Origin: Myxococcota bacterium
GTDB lineage: Bacteria > Myxococcota_A > UBA9160 > SZUA-336
Length of the DNA stretch: 64,000 nucleotides
Assembly: GCA_965247115.1 (NCBI GenBank)
Contig: CBDFGR010000003.1
Coordinates: 1,600,001-1,664,000 of the forward strand
Direction: 5' to 3'
Shown: positions 8,090-17,682 of the stretch, in pieces
Numbering within the stretch: the first letter of the stretch is position 1
Layout of the letters: each line of letters starts with the position of its first letter
Position numbers and translations under genes: made by a program
The notes under the pieces: generated by a model
What the model was told of the DNA's origin: nothing
Database searches by the model: none
The model's input: the letters and a program-made list of their open reading frames with translations, nothing else

Positions 8090-10510
8090 GTGCAGGAATT
8101 TGCTGAGCTGCGGGTTCTCGAGATCGCGGGCTCCGTCGCGGGTGCGTACGCGGCGAAGCTCTTCGCCGACCACGGAGCGGAGCTGGTCAAGGTCGAGCCG
8201 CCCCAGGGCGACCCCACCCGAAGCCAGGGAGAGGACTGGGCTGGCACCGGCACGCTGTTTGCCTACCTGAACACGAGCAAGCGCTCGCTCGTGCTGGATC
8301 TGACCGTTTCAAAGGGGCGCAAGGAGCTCGGGCACTGGCTGGAGCGCGCCGACGTCGTGATCGAGAGCTCCGCCCCGGATCCGCTCGATCCAATCACGCT
8401 TCCCCATCCCGCCGCGCGTCTGATCAAGACCTACATCTCTCCCTTCGGCTCGACGGGGCCCTACGCGCGCCATCGCTCGAACGAGTTCACCGACGACGCG
8501 ATCGCGGGACATCTCTACCTGAACGGGGAGCCGGATCGCGAGCCGATCACACGTCCTGGTCATCAGTCCGAATACCAGGCCGGCGTGCAGGCCTTTATCG
8601 GCAGCATGGCCGCGCTGCGAGCGCGCGAGCAGACCGGACGCGGCCAGACGGTCGAGGTTTCCCACTTCGAAGGGCTGGCGAGTCTGCACCAGCACACGAG
8701 CGTGATGTGGACCCACGCCGGCCACGTGTTGAGGCGCGCTGGGAACTCACAGCCAGGCTTCTGGCATCCCGTCGGCGTGTACCCCTGCAGGGACGGCTAT
8801 GTTTCGCTGGCCCTGCCTACGGGAGCATTCGTCGAGGCGTTCCTTCAGGCAGCAGGGCTGTCCGAGCTCCTCGCCGATCCGCGCTTCGCGGACGATCTGA
8901 GTCGCGGACAGCACAAGCGCGAGTTCGATGCGGCCATCACTCCCTGGCTGAAGGAGCACGATGCAGCGGACATCGTTCGGCTGGGCCAGGGGGTGTTCAC
9001 GCCGGTTGGCCCGGTCCCGACGCTGCTGGAGCTGCTCCGCGACGAGCACCTGACGGCACGGGATTACTGGACGTCGGTGGGGGTGGAGCGGCCCCTGCTG
9101 TACCCGCGCGGCCCCTTTCGGATCGACGGACACGAGCCCGTGCTAGCGGCGCCCCCCGCGCTTGGTGAGCTCGAGAGCGGAAGCGCCGTCGAGCATAGGA
9201 GCTCAGGGGCCGCGGCGCGCGCAGAGCCCGACAGGGTCGGGGCTGCCCTCGAGAGCGGACCACTCGCCGGGGTTCGTGTCCTGGATCTCACGCGTGTTTG
9301 GGCTGGACCACTGGCAGGGCGGCTGCTCGCGGACCTGGGCGCGGACGTGATCATCGTGGAGGCGCCGTGGGCTCGGGGGAGGCGAGACGTGTCCGAGCGC
9401 GCTCCTGCCATCACCCACCTGTACCCCGACAACGAGCTGGGCGAACGACCCTGGAACAGGGTGGGCGGCTACAACAAGCTCGCTCGAAACAAGCGGGGGG
9501 TCGCGCTGCGGCTGGACGATCCCAGGGGCAAGGAGCTCTTCGAGGAGCTCGTGCGCGTCTCGGACGTGGTCCTCGAGAACTTCAGCCCGCGCGTCATGCC
9601 TCCGCTCGGCCTGGGCTTCGAGCGGCTCTCCGAGCTGAACCCCCACGTGATCCACGTGGCGATGCCGGGGTACGGCACCTGGGGACCAAGCCGGGACCGG
9701 GTGGCCTTCGGTCCCCTGATCGAGTCCGGCTCGGGCCTCTCCGGGCTCATGGGATACGCCGACTCGGGGCCGTATCGCTCGGGCATCGCCTGGCCGGATC
9801 CTGTCTCGGGAATCAACGCCGTCGCAGCCACGCTGATCGCCCTGTGGGATCGCCAGGCGGACCCCGAGCAGCGCGGTCGCTCCGTCGAGGTGCCGATGAT
9901 CGAGGCGATGACGACGTTCGTGGGCGACGAGCTGCTGGCCGCCCAGGTGCGCGGTGCGCAGGCGCCGCGCAGAGGCAATCGCCACCCGGCCCGAGCGCCG
10001 CAGGGCTGCTATCCCTGCACGGGGGCAGATCGCTGGATCGCGATCAGCGTCACCAGCGACGCCGAGTGGAGGGCGCTCTGCGGGCTGGCCGGGCTCGAGG
10101 CCTCCTTCGCGCGCATGACGCTGGAGGATCGGCTGCGCCAGGCTGACGGGATCGATCGCGTGCTCAGGGCTTGGACGCGAGACCGCGACGCGCGGACGAC
10201 GATGCGGGAGCTTCAAGGGCACGGTGTGATTGCTTGCTCCGTCAGCGATGCGCGCGAGCTCGTTCTGGATCCCCAGCTCGCGGCTCGCGACTTCTGGGTC
10301 GAGCTCGAGCATCCCGATGCCGGGCGTCACCCGCTGCCCGGCATCGCGATCCGGCTCAGCGAGACGCCCGCTCGCTTCCGGCGCCCGGCTCCTGGCCTCG
10401 GACAGCACAACGCGGAGGTTCTGCAGGGGCTTCTGCATCTTGACCGCCCACGGCTCGACGAGCTCATCGCCGCGGGCGTGATCGCGGAGGTCCCGCCCGA
10501 GATTGTTTGA
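8090..10510 (+). CDS. Family III CoA-transferase (CaiB/BaiF), tandem two-domain
   Basis: Two CaiB repeats: LRVLEIAG..AGAYAAKLFADHGAELVKVEPP and PLAGVRVLDLTRVWAGPLAGRLLADLGADVI, plus ENFSPRVM. Start uncertain (TTG 8081 or GTG 8090). Confidence 0.92.
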   Translation: MQEFAELRVLEIAGSVAGAYAAKLFADHGAELVKVEPPQGDPTRSQGEDWAGTGTLFAYLNTSKRSLVLDLTVSKGRKELGHWLERADVVIESSAPDPLDPITLPHPAARLIKTYISPFGSTGPYARHRSNEFTDDAIAGHLYLNGEPDREPITRPGHQSEYQAGVQAFIGSMAALRAREQTGRGQTVEVSHFEGLASLHQHTSVMWTHAGHVLRRAGNSQPGFWHPVGVYPCRDGYVSLALPTGAFVEAFLQAAGLSELLADPRFADDLSRGQHKREFDAAITPWLKEHDAADIVRLGQGVFTPVGPVPTLLELLRDEHLTARDYWTSVGVERPLLYPRGPFRIDGHEPVLAAPPALGELESGSAVEHRSSGAAARAEPDRVGAALESGPLAGVRVLDLTRVWAGPLAGRLLADLGADVIIVEAPWARGRRDVSERAPAITHLYPDNELGERPWNRVGGYNKLARNKRGVALRLDDPRGKELFEELVRVSDVVLENFSPRVMPPLGLGFERLSELNPHVIHVAMPGYGTWGPSRDRVAFGPLIESGSGLSGLMGYADSGPYRSGIAWPDPVSGINAVAATLIALWDRQADPEQRGRSVEVPMIEAMTTFVGDELLAAQVRGAQAPRRGNRHPARAPQGCYPCTGADRWIAISVTSDAEWRALCGLAGLEASFARMTLEDRLRQADGIDRVLRAWTRDRDARTTMRELQGHGVIACSVSDARELVLDPQLAARDFWVELEHPDAGRHPLPGIAIRLSETPARFRRPAPGLGQHNAEVLQGLLHLDRPRLDELIAAGVIAEVPPEIV

Positions 10511-10561
10511 TTTTTCGCGCGTGGTGGGATCGAATGGCGCGCAACGGAGGGAAGCGACGTC

Positions 10562-11356
10562 ATGATACTCGCGAGGCTGTTGCTCGGATGCATGCTCCTG
10601 GGCGGGATCCTGGCATCCGCCGCTCTGGGAACGGAGCACGCGGTGACTGCCGCCGCCGACGTTGTAGATTGCGCGCGCGCGAAGGCCCCCGGGCTGGATG
10701 GCGTGCGTGCCGTCCGGGTCGTCGAGTGGGACCGTGTCGGCTCCAGACACGTCGCCAGCGTGCGACTGCACACCCGCCGTTCGGGAGGCACCCGCGAGGT
10801 GCTCGTCCGGTTCACGGAGCCAGTCGATCTGCGGGGGAATGCGGTCCTTCTCGTGGAGAGCCCAGAGGGACGCGAGCTCTACTTCTGGTCGGAGGAGCTC
10901 GGTGGGAGCAAACAGGTGCGGGGCACCGAGAAGTCCCTGGGCCTCTTCGGTCGCGCCTTCTCCTACGAGGACCTCGAGCTCATGCTCGCGTCCTACCGAC
11001 CGGGCGAGTACGCCCGCGTCGAGGAGACCGTCTTCGGCAGCCGGAGCGTCTCGCTCGTGGAGACGCAGCCCAGCGAGAGCGAGAGCTCGGCCTACGAGAC
11101 GGTTGTCACCATGTTCGACCTGCAGACTTGCACACCGCTGCGACTGGAGCTCTACGAGAGCGGCCACTCGCTCCGCAAGGTCATCAGCGCGGACCCGCTG
11201 CGGGTCCAGGAGAATGGGGTCTCCCTCCCGAACATGATCGTCTCTCGGGACTTGCGCGACTTCACGACGACGCTCCTCATGCTCGACTTCAGCGGGCAGG
11301 ATCCGTACCCGGAAGACGCACCGTCCTTCGAGCAGCTTCGCGAGGGATCGAATTGA
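10562..11356 (+). CDS. Outer-membrane lipoprotein-sorting (LolA-like) protein, paralog of 7204-7986
   Basis: Signal peptide, FTEPVDLRG, LFGRAFSYEDL, SAYETVV..D...LELYE...LRKV. Confidence 0.75.
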   Translation: MILARLLLGCMLLGGILASAALGTEHAVTAAADVVDCARAKAPGLDGVRAVRVVEWDRVGSRHVASVRLHTRRSGGTREVLVRFTEPVDLRGNAVLLVESPEGRELYFWSEELGGSKQVRGTEKSLGLFGRAFSYEDLELMLASYRPGEYARVEETVFGSRSVSLVETQPSESESSAYETVVTMFDLQTCTPLRLELYESGHSLRKVISADPLRVQENGVSLPNMIVSRDLRDFTTTLLMLDFSGQDPYPEDAPSFEQLREGSN

Positions 11357-11403
11357 CTGCGTTCGGCCTCGGTTCGCCGTTCGCCTGAGTCGGAGGAAGA
11401 AGC

Positions 11404-12366
11404 ATGGAATACGGGAGGCTCGGACGCTCGGGACTGCAGGTCTCGGTTATTGGCCTGGGGTGCAACAACTTCGGCGGGCGTGTGGACGAGCAGGCGACAC
11501 GGACCGTAGTCGACGCATCGCTTGACCAGGGCATCACGCTCTTCGATACGGCCGACATGTACGGAGGGGGCGGACTCTCGGAGGAGTACCTCGGTAAGGC
11601 GCTCGAGGGTCGGCGCCAGGAGGTAGTGATTGCGACGAAGTTCGCGTGGCCCATGGCCGACGGACCGCTCCACGGTGGAGCGTCGCGCCGCTACATTTTC
11701 GAGGCCGTCGAGGCCAGCCTGCGCAGACTCGGCACGGATTTCATCGATCTCTACCAGGTCCACATTCCGGACGCAGAGACGCCGGTCGAGGAGACCATGC
11801 GCGCGCTCGACGATCTGGTGCGCCAGGGCAAGGTCCGCTATCTGGGCTGCTCGAACTTCGCGGGCTGGCAGCTGGTCGACGCACAGTGGACCGCGCGCAG
11901 CGAGGACCGCGACGGTTTCATCTCCGCTCAGAACCTCTACAACCTGCTCGACCGGAACGTCGAGCGCGATCTCGTCCCCGCGTGCAACGCTCACGGGGTG
12001 GGGATCCTGCCCTACTTCCCGCTCGCCAGCGGCTTTCTCACAGGCAAGTACCGCCGCGGCCAGGATGCACCTGCCGGCACCCGGCTCTCCGCCGCGGGGC
12101 CGATGGCGGATGGCTACCTGACAGAAGCGAACTTCGACAAGCTCGAAGCGCTGGAGGCCTTCGCCTCCGAGCGTGGCCACTCCATGCTCGAGCTCGCCAT
12201 CAGCTGGCTTGCGAGCCAGCCGAACGTGAGCAGCGTGATCGCGGGCGCGACCACCCCCGCCCAGGTCGAGCAGAACGTCCAGGCAGGAGCCTGGCAGCTC
12301 AGTCAGGAAGACCTCACCGAGGTCGACCAGCTCCTGCCCGGTCCCAAGCCGAGCGGAGGATTTTAG
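11404..12366 (+). CDS. Aldo/keto reductase
   Basis: LGRSGLQVSVIGLG, FDTADMYG, IATKF, SLRRLGTDFIDLYQVH, GKVRYLGCSN. Confidence 0.95.
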   Translation: MEYGRLGRSGLQVSVIGLGCNNFGGRVDEQATRTVVDASLDQGITLFDTADMYGGGGLSEEYLGKALEGRRQEVVIATKFAWPMADGPLHGGASRRYIFEAVEASLRRLGTDFIDLYQVHIPDAETPVEETMRALDDLVRQGKVRYLGCSNFAGWQLVDAQWTARSEDRDGFISAQNLYNLLDRNVERDLVPACNAHGVGILPYFPLASGFLTGKYRRGQDAPAGTRLSAAGPMADGYLTEANFDKLEALEAFASERGHSMLELAISWLASQPNVSSVIAGATTPAQVEQNVQAGAWQLSQEDLTEVDQLLPGPKPSGGF

Positions 12367-12381
12367 GGAGCCCAAGCGGGC

Positions 12382-13605
12382 TCAGTTCGGGCCGTCGGCC
12401 TCGAGCCTCTGGCGGGTCAGGGCCAGGCAGATCAGGAAGAAGGCCCCCAAGAGCGAGCAGACGCTCAGCATGGACTGCACGCTGCCAGGGTCGTTCGGGT
12501 CCCCGGCGCCCGCGACGAGCGAGAGGGCGAGCAGGGTGCCGGAGAACAGCAGGCGCCCGAGCAGGTTCTGGAGCGAGTGATACGTGGCGCGCTGCGCCCG
12601 GGGGACCTGCGGGGTGATCTCGGCGTTCAAGATCACGCCGGCCAGAGCCGGTTGCAGGCTCCGCAGCAGCACGAGAGCCGCAACGATCGGATTGAGCGCC
12701 AGACTCATGATCCCGATCAGTAGCGCCTGCACGCCCATCGCTCCCAGCAGCGTGGGCCTGACGCCGAGCTGGTCCCGCACCCGGATGCTCTTTGCTCCCG
12801 CCCAGGCCCCGATCAGCAACGCCACCGCAGTGTGTAGGCCAGCCACGAGCGGCGTGGCCTGGACTTCGCCGAGCAGGGCAGCGATGTAAGGCTGATAGAA
12901 CATGTACGGCACGTGCTGGAGCACGTACATCACGACGAAGAATGCGGAGAGCCAGCCCAGCGCCGGGCGGCGGAGCAGTCCGGCGCACACGCGGAGCTGG
13001 CGCGCAAAGCCCGGTACCTGCTCTGGGTCTGTCGCGTGGACCGGCGGCTCTCGCATGAACAGAACCAGGGTAAGGGGAACAAAGGTGCCGAGAAATGTCG
13101 CCACGTAGGCTGCTCGGAGCGCGACCATGCCGAGCGCCCCACCGACGGCCGCTGCGATTGCGGCTACGGCGAGAGCGTTCCGCGCGGCGATGGCCTCGCG
13201 GGCGGCGTACTCGTGTTCCCTGCCCAGCGATACGAGAGAGTCGTAGTGCAGCGTGGTATCGGTACCGGATCGAAAGGTCCAGCCCACGGCACTGAGGATC
13301 TGTGCGAGCGCAAAGATCGCGAACGTCGAGCCGATCGAGAAGAGCAGGAAAGAGAGCACGAGGGCAGACGCCGAGATCACGAGCGTGGGTTTGCGCCCGA
13401 CCCGATCGGAGAAGTAGCCGGACGGAACCTCGAGCAAGACGTAGGCGACGTAGTAGATGACCTCGAGCTGGAGCAGGCCCTCGAGGGTGAGGAACTCGCC
13501 GAAGAACAGGTAGAAGACGGCAGCCGAGCAGTGGAAACGTCCGGCTCCCGTGTAGAGCGGGTAGAGGCGAACGTTGCGCGCGATTGCTCCGTCCTGCGAG
13601 TGCAT
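12382..13605 (-). CDS. MFS transporter
   Basis: About 12 hydrophobic segments. LEVPSGYFSDRVGRK (MFS motif A), SGTDTTLHYDSL. Confidence 0.88.
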   Translation of the reverse strand: MHSQDGAIARNVRLYPLYTGAGRFHCSAAVFYLFFGEFLTLEGLLQLEVIYYVAYVLLEVPSGYFSDRVGRKPTLVISASALVLSFLLFSIGSTFAIFALAQILSAVGWTFRSGTDTTLHYDSLVSLGREHEYAAREAIAARNALAVAAIAAAVGGALGMVALRAAYVATFLGTFVPLTLVLFMREPPVHATDPEQVPGFARQLRVCAGLLRRPALGWLSAFFVVMYVLQHVPYMFYQPYIAALLGEVQATPLVAGLHTAVALLIGAWAGAKSIRVRDQLGVRPTLLGAMGVQALLIGIMSLALNPIVAALVLLRSLQPALAGVILNAEITPQVPRAQRATYHSLQNLLGRLLFSGTLLALSLVAGAGDPNDPGSVQSMLSVCSLLGAFFLICLALTRQRLEADGPN

Positions 13606-13609
13606 CGAG

Positions 13610-14254
13610 CTAGGGCTTTGCTTTCGCTGCGGCCTCGTTCGTCTGTTCCTGGGCGTGGCGCGTCGCGAGTCGATCCCACTCCAATCTCAGCGCGTTCCTG
13701 AGCTCGTCCGGCGACGCGGAGTTATCGATCGCCCGGTCCGAGCGCTCCAGGCGCTCGCGGTTGGAGAGCTGCGAGCGGATGCGCGCCATGGCATCCTCTC
13801 GGGACATCCCGTTGCGCTCGACAAGCCGTTCGATCGCCACGCTCGGATCGACCACGACGACCCAGACCTCGTCTGCGAGATCGTCCCACTGGGCCTCGAG
13901 CAGCACGGCCGCCTCCAGGACGATGACCCGGTCCGGATCTGAAGCGCCGATCTGCTCGACCTCGTGTTCCGCCAGCTCGCGGATCAGGGGCCACACGATG
14001 TCCGTCAACCGCTGCAGCTCTTCGGGTTTTCCGAATACCTTGCCGCCGAGGACGCGCCGGTCGATCGTACCGTCTTCCGCCACGATGTCGTCGCCAAAGG
14101 CCCGCACGACGTTTTCGAAGCCGCGCGTTCCGGGCTCGTAGATGCGATGGCCCAGCAGATCCGCATCGATCACCTCCGCCCCGAGCTCGCGCAGGTAGCT
14201 CGCGGCGGTCGACTTTCCCGACGCGATCCCCCCAGTCAGGCCGATTACGGACAT
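13610..14254 (-). CDS. coaE: Dephospho-CoA kinase
   Basis: IGLTGGIASGKST P-loop, VIDAD, IDRRVLG, LEAAVLLE, ARIRSQ. Confidence 0.95.
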   Translation of the reverse strand: MSVIGLTGGIASGKSTAASYLRELGAEVIDADLLGHRIYEPGTRGFENVVRAFGDDIVAEDGTIDRRVLGGKVFGKPEELQRLTDIVWPLIRELAEHEVEQIGASDPDRVIVLEAAVLLEAQWDDLADEVWVVVVDPSVAIERLVERNGMSREDAMARIRSQLSNRERLERSDRAIDNSASPDELRNALRLEWDRLATRHAQEQTNEAAAKAKP

Positions 14255-14422
14255 CTCCACTCCTCACTTCCACGGTGGACGCGACTGCGGGCTCACCGGT
14301 AGGAGAATCCTACCTGGCCAATGGCGCGGGCACGAGGGACCGGGCAGCGACACGCGACCGGGTATAGTCTCTTGTCGCGACTTGTCTCCGGGTCCTCCCG
14401 GACGACGGAAGGAGATAGGCAA

Positions 14423-15142
14423 GTGGAGTGGATAGGAGATCCCCTGATTGGCCGCGGGGTACGGGAGCAGGGGTTTCGCGTGGAGTGTGGCGGCCGCACG
14501 GTACCGGGACTTCTGTGGACCACCGAGTCCGGCGGCGAGGGTCGCCCACTCGTGCTGCTGGGTCACGGCGGCTCGAGCCACAAGCGGACCGACTACATAC
14601 TGAGCACGGCGCGCCGGCTTGTTCGACACCACGACATCTCCGCGCTCGCGATCGACGGTCCGGGTCACGGCGAGCGACGCAGCGAGGCTGGAGCAGAGAT
14701 GGGACCGGGCGAGTTCGAGAAGGCGTGGCAGCGCCCCGAGGCAACGGACGAGACGATCGCCGACTGGAATGGGGCCCTGGATGCCGTCCAGGCGCAGCTT
14801 GGCGTAGCACCGGTCGGGTACTTCGGGCTCTCGATGGGGACGATGATGGGCCTGCCCCTTGTCGCGGCGGAGCCGCGCATCCGGGCAGCGCTGCTCGGCC
14901 TGATGGGTGTGTGGGGTCCCAACGCGCAACAGCTCGTTGCCGCGGCTCCCGAGGTGTCCTGCCCCGTTCGCTTTCTCGTCCAGTGGGACGACGAGATCGT
15001 CCCGCGCGACACGGCGCTCGAGCTGTTCGACCGCCTGGGCTCCCGAGAGAAGGCCCTGCGCGCCCATCCGGGCAAGCACGTCGAGGTTCCCGCTGCTGAG
15101 ATGCGCGCCCTCACGGACTTCCTTGCCGGCCATCTGTGCTGA
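14423..15142 (+). CDS. Alpha/beta hydrolase (dienelactone hydrolase-like)
   Basis: PLVLLGHGG, IDGPGHGER, GYFGLSMG nucleophile elbow, WDDEIV, HPGKH. GTG start with AAGGAG SD. Confidence 0.85.
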   Translation: MEWIGDPLIGRGVREQGFRVECGGRTVPGLLWTTESGGEGRPLVLLGHGGSSHKRTDYILSTARRLVRHHDISALAIDGPGHGERRSEAGAEMGPGEFEKAWQRPEATDETIADWNGALDAVQAQLGVAPVGYFGLSMGTMMGLPLVAAEPRIRAALLGLMGVWGPNAQQLVAAAPEVSCPVRFLVQWDDEIVPRDTALELFDRLGSREKALRAHPGKHVEVPAAEMRALTDFLAGHLC

Positions 15143-15149
15143 ACGGCTG

Positions 15150-16277
15150 ATGCAGGATCAGGATCTTCCAGGCGGCCCGGAGCCCGTCTACGATCGCGTC
15201 GCCTCGGGCTACCAGACCTTTCACAGTCCGCTCCCGTTCGTTTGCGAGTGGGGTGGGATCCTGCCGGAGCTGTCGCTCGCATACGAGACCTGGGGTGAGC
15301 TCTCCCCAGCACGCGACAACGCCATCCTGTTGCACACGGGGCTCTCCTCCTCGTCCCATGCGCGGAGTCAACCGGAGAATCCTCATACCGGCTGGTGGGA
15401 GGAATTCGTCGGGCCCGGGTCCGCGCTCGACACGGACCGCTTCTTCGTCATCTGCACCAACCTGCTGGGTGGCTGCTATGGAAGCACGGGGCCATCCTCG
15501 ACGAACCCCGCGACCGATGAGCCCTACGCGACCGACTTTCCGATCATCACGGTCGGAGACATGGTGCGCGCGCAGCTGCTCCTGCTTGATCACCTCGGCA
15601 TCGAGAGGCTTCATGCCTCGGTTGGCGCCTCGCTGGGGGGCATGCAGTCGCTGATCCTGGCCGCCCTGGTTCCGGAGCGTGTCGGACGCATCGTGAGCAT
15701 CTCCGCCGCCATGCGCTCGTATCCGCAGTCGATCGCGCTGCGCTTCGTGCAACGACAGGCCGTCATGTCCGATCCCGACTGGCGCGAGGGGAGATACTAC
15801 GGCGCAAGCTTTCCCCATCGCGGTCAGAAAGTGGCTCGGGAGATCGGGACCATCACCTACCGCTCCGCCCCGGAGTGGCTGGGCCGCTTTTCCCGCGAGC
15901 GGGCGACCGAGATGCCCCGCCTGGACGAGGACTTCCAGGTCGAGCGCTATCTCGTCTACCAGGGCGAGAAGTTCTGTCTGCAGTACGATGCCAACTCCTA
16001 TCTCTATATCTCGAAGGCCATGGACCTCTTCGATCTGGCACCGGGTCAGGAGGAGGGCAAGCCTACACTGGAACGGATCAGCTGTCCTGTGCTGGTGATA
16101 GGCGTTCTGTCAGATGTGCTGTTCCCTGCGTGGCAGCAGCGGGAATTGGTCGACGAGCTGAAGAAGGGCGGCTGTCCCGTCGCCTACGTTGAGCTCGACG
16201 CCCAGTACGGTCACGACTCGTTCCTGATCGAGCGGGAACGGGTCGGCGAGCCCGTCAAGAATCACCTGGAGGCATAG
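15150..16277 (+). CDS. metX: MetX-family O-acyltransferase, probably of the serine O-succinyl/acetyltransferase (Cys2/CysA-like) subgroup
   Basis: LAYETWG, LHTGLSSSSHA, NLLGGCYGSTGPSS, GASLGGM, YGHDSFL. Confidence 0.88.
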   Translation: MQDQDLPGGPEPVYDRVASGYQTFHSPLPFVCEWGGILPELSLAYETWGELSPARDNAILLHTGLSSSSHARSQPENPHTGWWEEFVGPGSALDTDRFFVICTNLLGGCYGSTGPSSTNPATDEPYATDFPIITVGDMVRAQLLLLDHLGIERLHASVGASLGGMQSLILAALVPERVGRIVSISAAMRSYPQSIALRFVQRQAVMSDPDWREGRYYGASFPHRGQKVAREIGTITYRSAPEWLGRFSRERATEMPRLDEDFQVERYLVYQGEKFCLQYDANSYLYISKAMDLFDLAPGQEEGKPTLERISCPVLVIGVLSDVLFPAWQQRELVDELKKGGCPVAYVELDAQYGHDSFLIERERVGEPVKNHLEA

Positions 16278-16286
16278 CGGGCGGAC

Positions 16287-16691
16287 TCAGCCCTCCGAGG
16301 GCTCCAGCAGGTTGAAGGGATTGCCGTACAGGTCCTCGAAGACGGCGGAGAGACCCCACGGCATCCGCTCTGGAGCACTGCGGAATTTCACGCCGCGCTC
16401 CGTGAGCAGCTCGTAGTCGCGCTTGCAGTCATCCGTCTCGAGCACCCAGATCGTTCCCTGGCCCACTTGAGTCAACAGCCTCTGCTCCTCTTCCGGCGAC
16501 CGAAAAGGGGCTGCGGGGCACTGCAGGACGATCGCCACGTCCGGCTGCCCTGGAGGGGCTACGGTCAGCCAGCGAAAGTCGCCCATCCTGTCGTCCTGGC
16601 GCTTCTCCAAACCGAGCTTCTCGGTGTAGAAGCGCAGTGCTTCCTCTTGGTCCTTCACCAGGACCGTGACATGGGCGAGCTTCTGGATCAC
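16287..16691 (-). CDS. VOC/glyoxalase family protein
   Basis: HVTVLVKDQEEALRFYTEKLGLE, RWLTV, PWG.SAVFEDLYGN. GTG start with AGGAG SD. Confidence 0.9.
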   Translation of the reverse strand: MIQKLAHVTVLVKDQEEALRFYTEKLGLEKRQDDRMGDFRWLTVAPPGQPDVAIVLQCPAAPFRSPEEEQRLLTQVGQGTIWVLETDDCKRDYELLTERGVKFRSAPERMPWGLSAVFEDLYGNPFNLLEPSEG

Positions 16692-16707
16692 GTCTTCTCC
16701 TGAGGGA

Positions 16708-17619
16708 TCAGCCGGTGCGGACCCGACCCTCGGCCTTTCTCTGCTGCTGCAGGGCTCGTCGGGTCTGCCCTGCACGGCGGATCTTCTCCGCGTTTGCGGG
16801 ATCGACGCGCGCGTAGCGCTCCCTCCAGCTCGGGTCCTCGTCCCAGATGAAGGGTGTCTGCACGGTGGTGCGCGGCAGGATCGCGCTCTCGAGCAGATCG
16901 AGGCCCAGCCCGACGACTCGTCTCTGCATCTCCACGTCCCACGGCTTGCCGCACGGGTTGCCCAGCGGGAAGTCCGTGAAGAGGAAACGCGAAACCCCGC
17001 AGTGCTCCACGATGTCGCGAGCCGAGCCGAGGATGACGGTCGGGATGTCGTTCGCTTCGAGGTGGCGCGCGACCAGACTCACGGTCTGGTGGCAGACCGG
17101 TCAGAGTGGGACGAGCAACGCCGCGTCTACGCCGTCCTCACGGCAGCGGCGCAGAATCTCGGGCGCGTCCTCCTCAATCGTACGCCGCTGGCTGTATTCC
17201 GTGGGCGCGCCGTGGTAGCGGCTGGCAAGCTGGCCGATGCGGCCGGTGTCAACGAGCTCTTGCAGCCGGTGGATGGGAAAGTACGAGTCGAGATCCTCGG
17301 TGTGGGTGGTCTCCTTGTCCCAGGACAGGTCGTCCGTGTAGAGGCGCTCTGGTGGCGCAGCCGAGGCGCCGGAAGAGACCTCCTTTGGCGCGACGATCCC
17401 GTCATTGGTTTCTGGCTGCCTGTCAAAGGGGCTCGCCGTCGTGATCAGCGCGAGCGTGCTCTCCTTGAGAGGCTTGGACACTGGCGCGAAGGGAACGTCG
17501 TCGAAGAACGCCCACGCGTAAGGCCTGTCGTATCCCTGCGCCTGGTAGTACTCGCGCGACCGATCGATGTAGCTCACGAATGTCCGGTGTGCCCTGTCTA
17601 CCTTGGACTTCTCTATCAT
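16708..17619 (-). CDS. Glycine/sarcosine/betaine/proline reductase selenoprotein B (GrdB/PrdB)-like selenoprotein; in-frame TGA at 17101-17103 read as Sec
   Basis: ORFs 17101-17634 and 16708-17082 are in the same frame and join as ...DGVDAALLVPL-U-PVCHQTVSLVARHLEANDIPTV...FPLGNPCG. PLKESTLALITTA and D.DSYFPI.RL motifs also present. Confidence 0.85.
17072..17090 (-). promoter_or_regulatory. Putative bacterial SECIS hairpin
   Basis: On the mRNA: UGA-ccggucugcc-ACCAGAC-cguga-GUCUGGU. The 7-bp stem starts 10 nt after UGA and G is the second loop base. Confidence 0.65.
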
Positions 17620-17682
17620 GCGTACAGCGTACACGGATCCACGATCCTTCGCGAAGTGCAGGGAGCCGCGTTACACTGCGCC

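Noticed and set aside
9203..11167. Long antisense/shadow ORFs (e.g. 9203-11167, 20982-22802, 43708-45537, 61463-63430, 262-1137)
   Set aside because: They overlap well-supported genes on the opposite strand or frame, have Arg/Ala/Pro-rich non-family sequence, and are expected in high-GC DNA with few stop codons.
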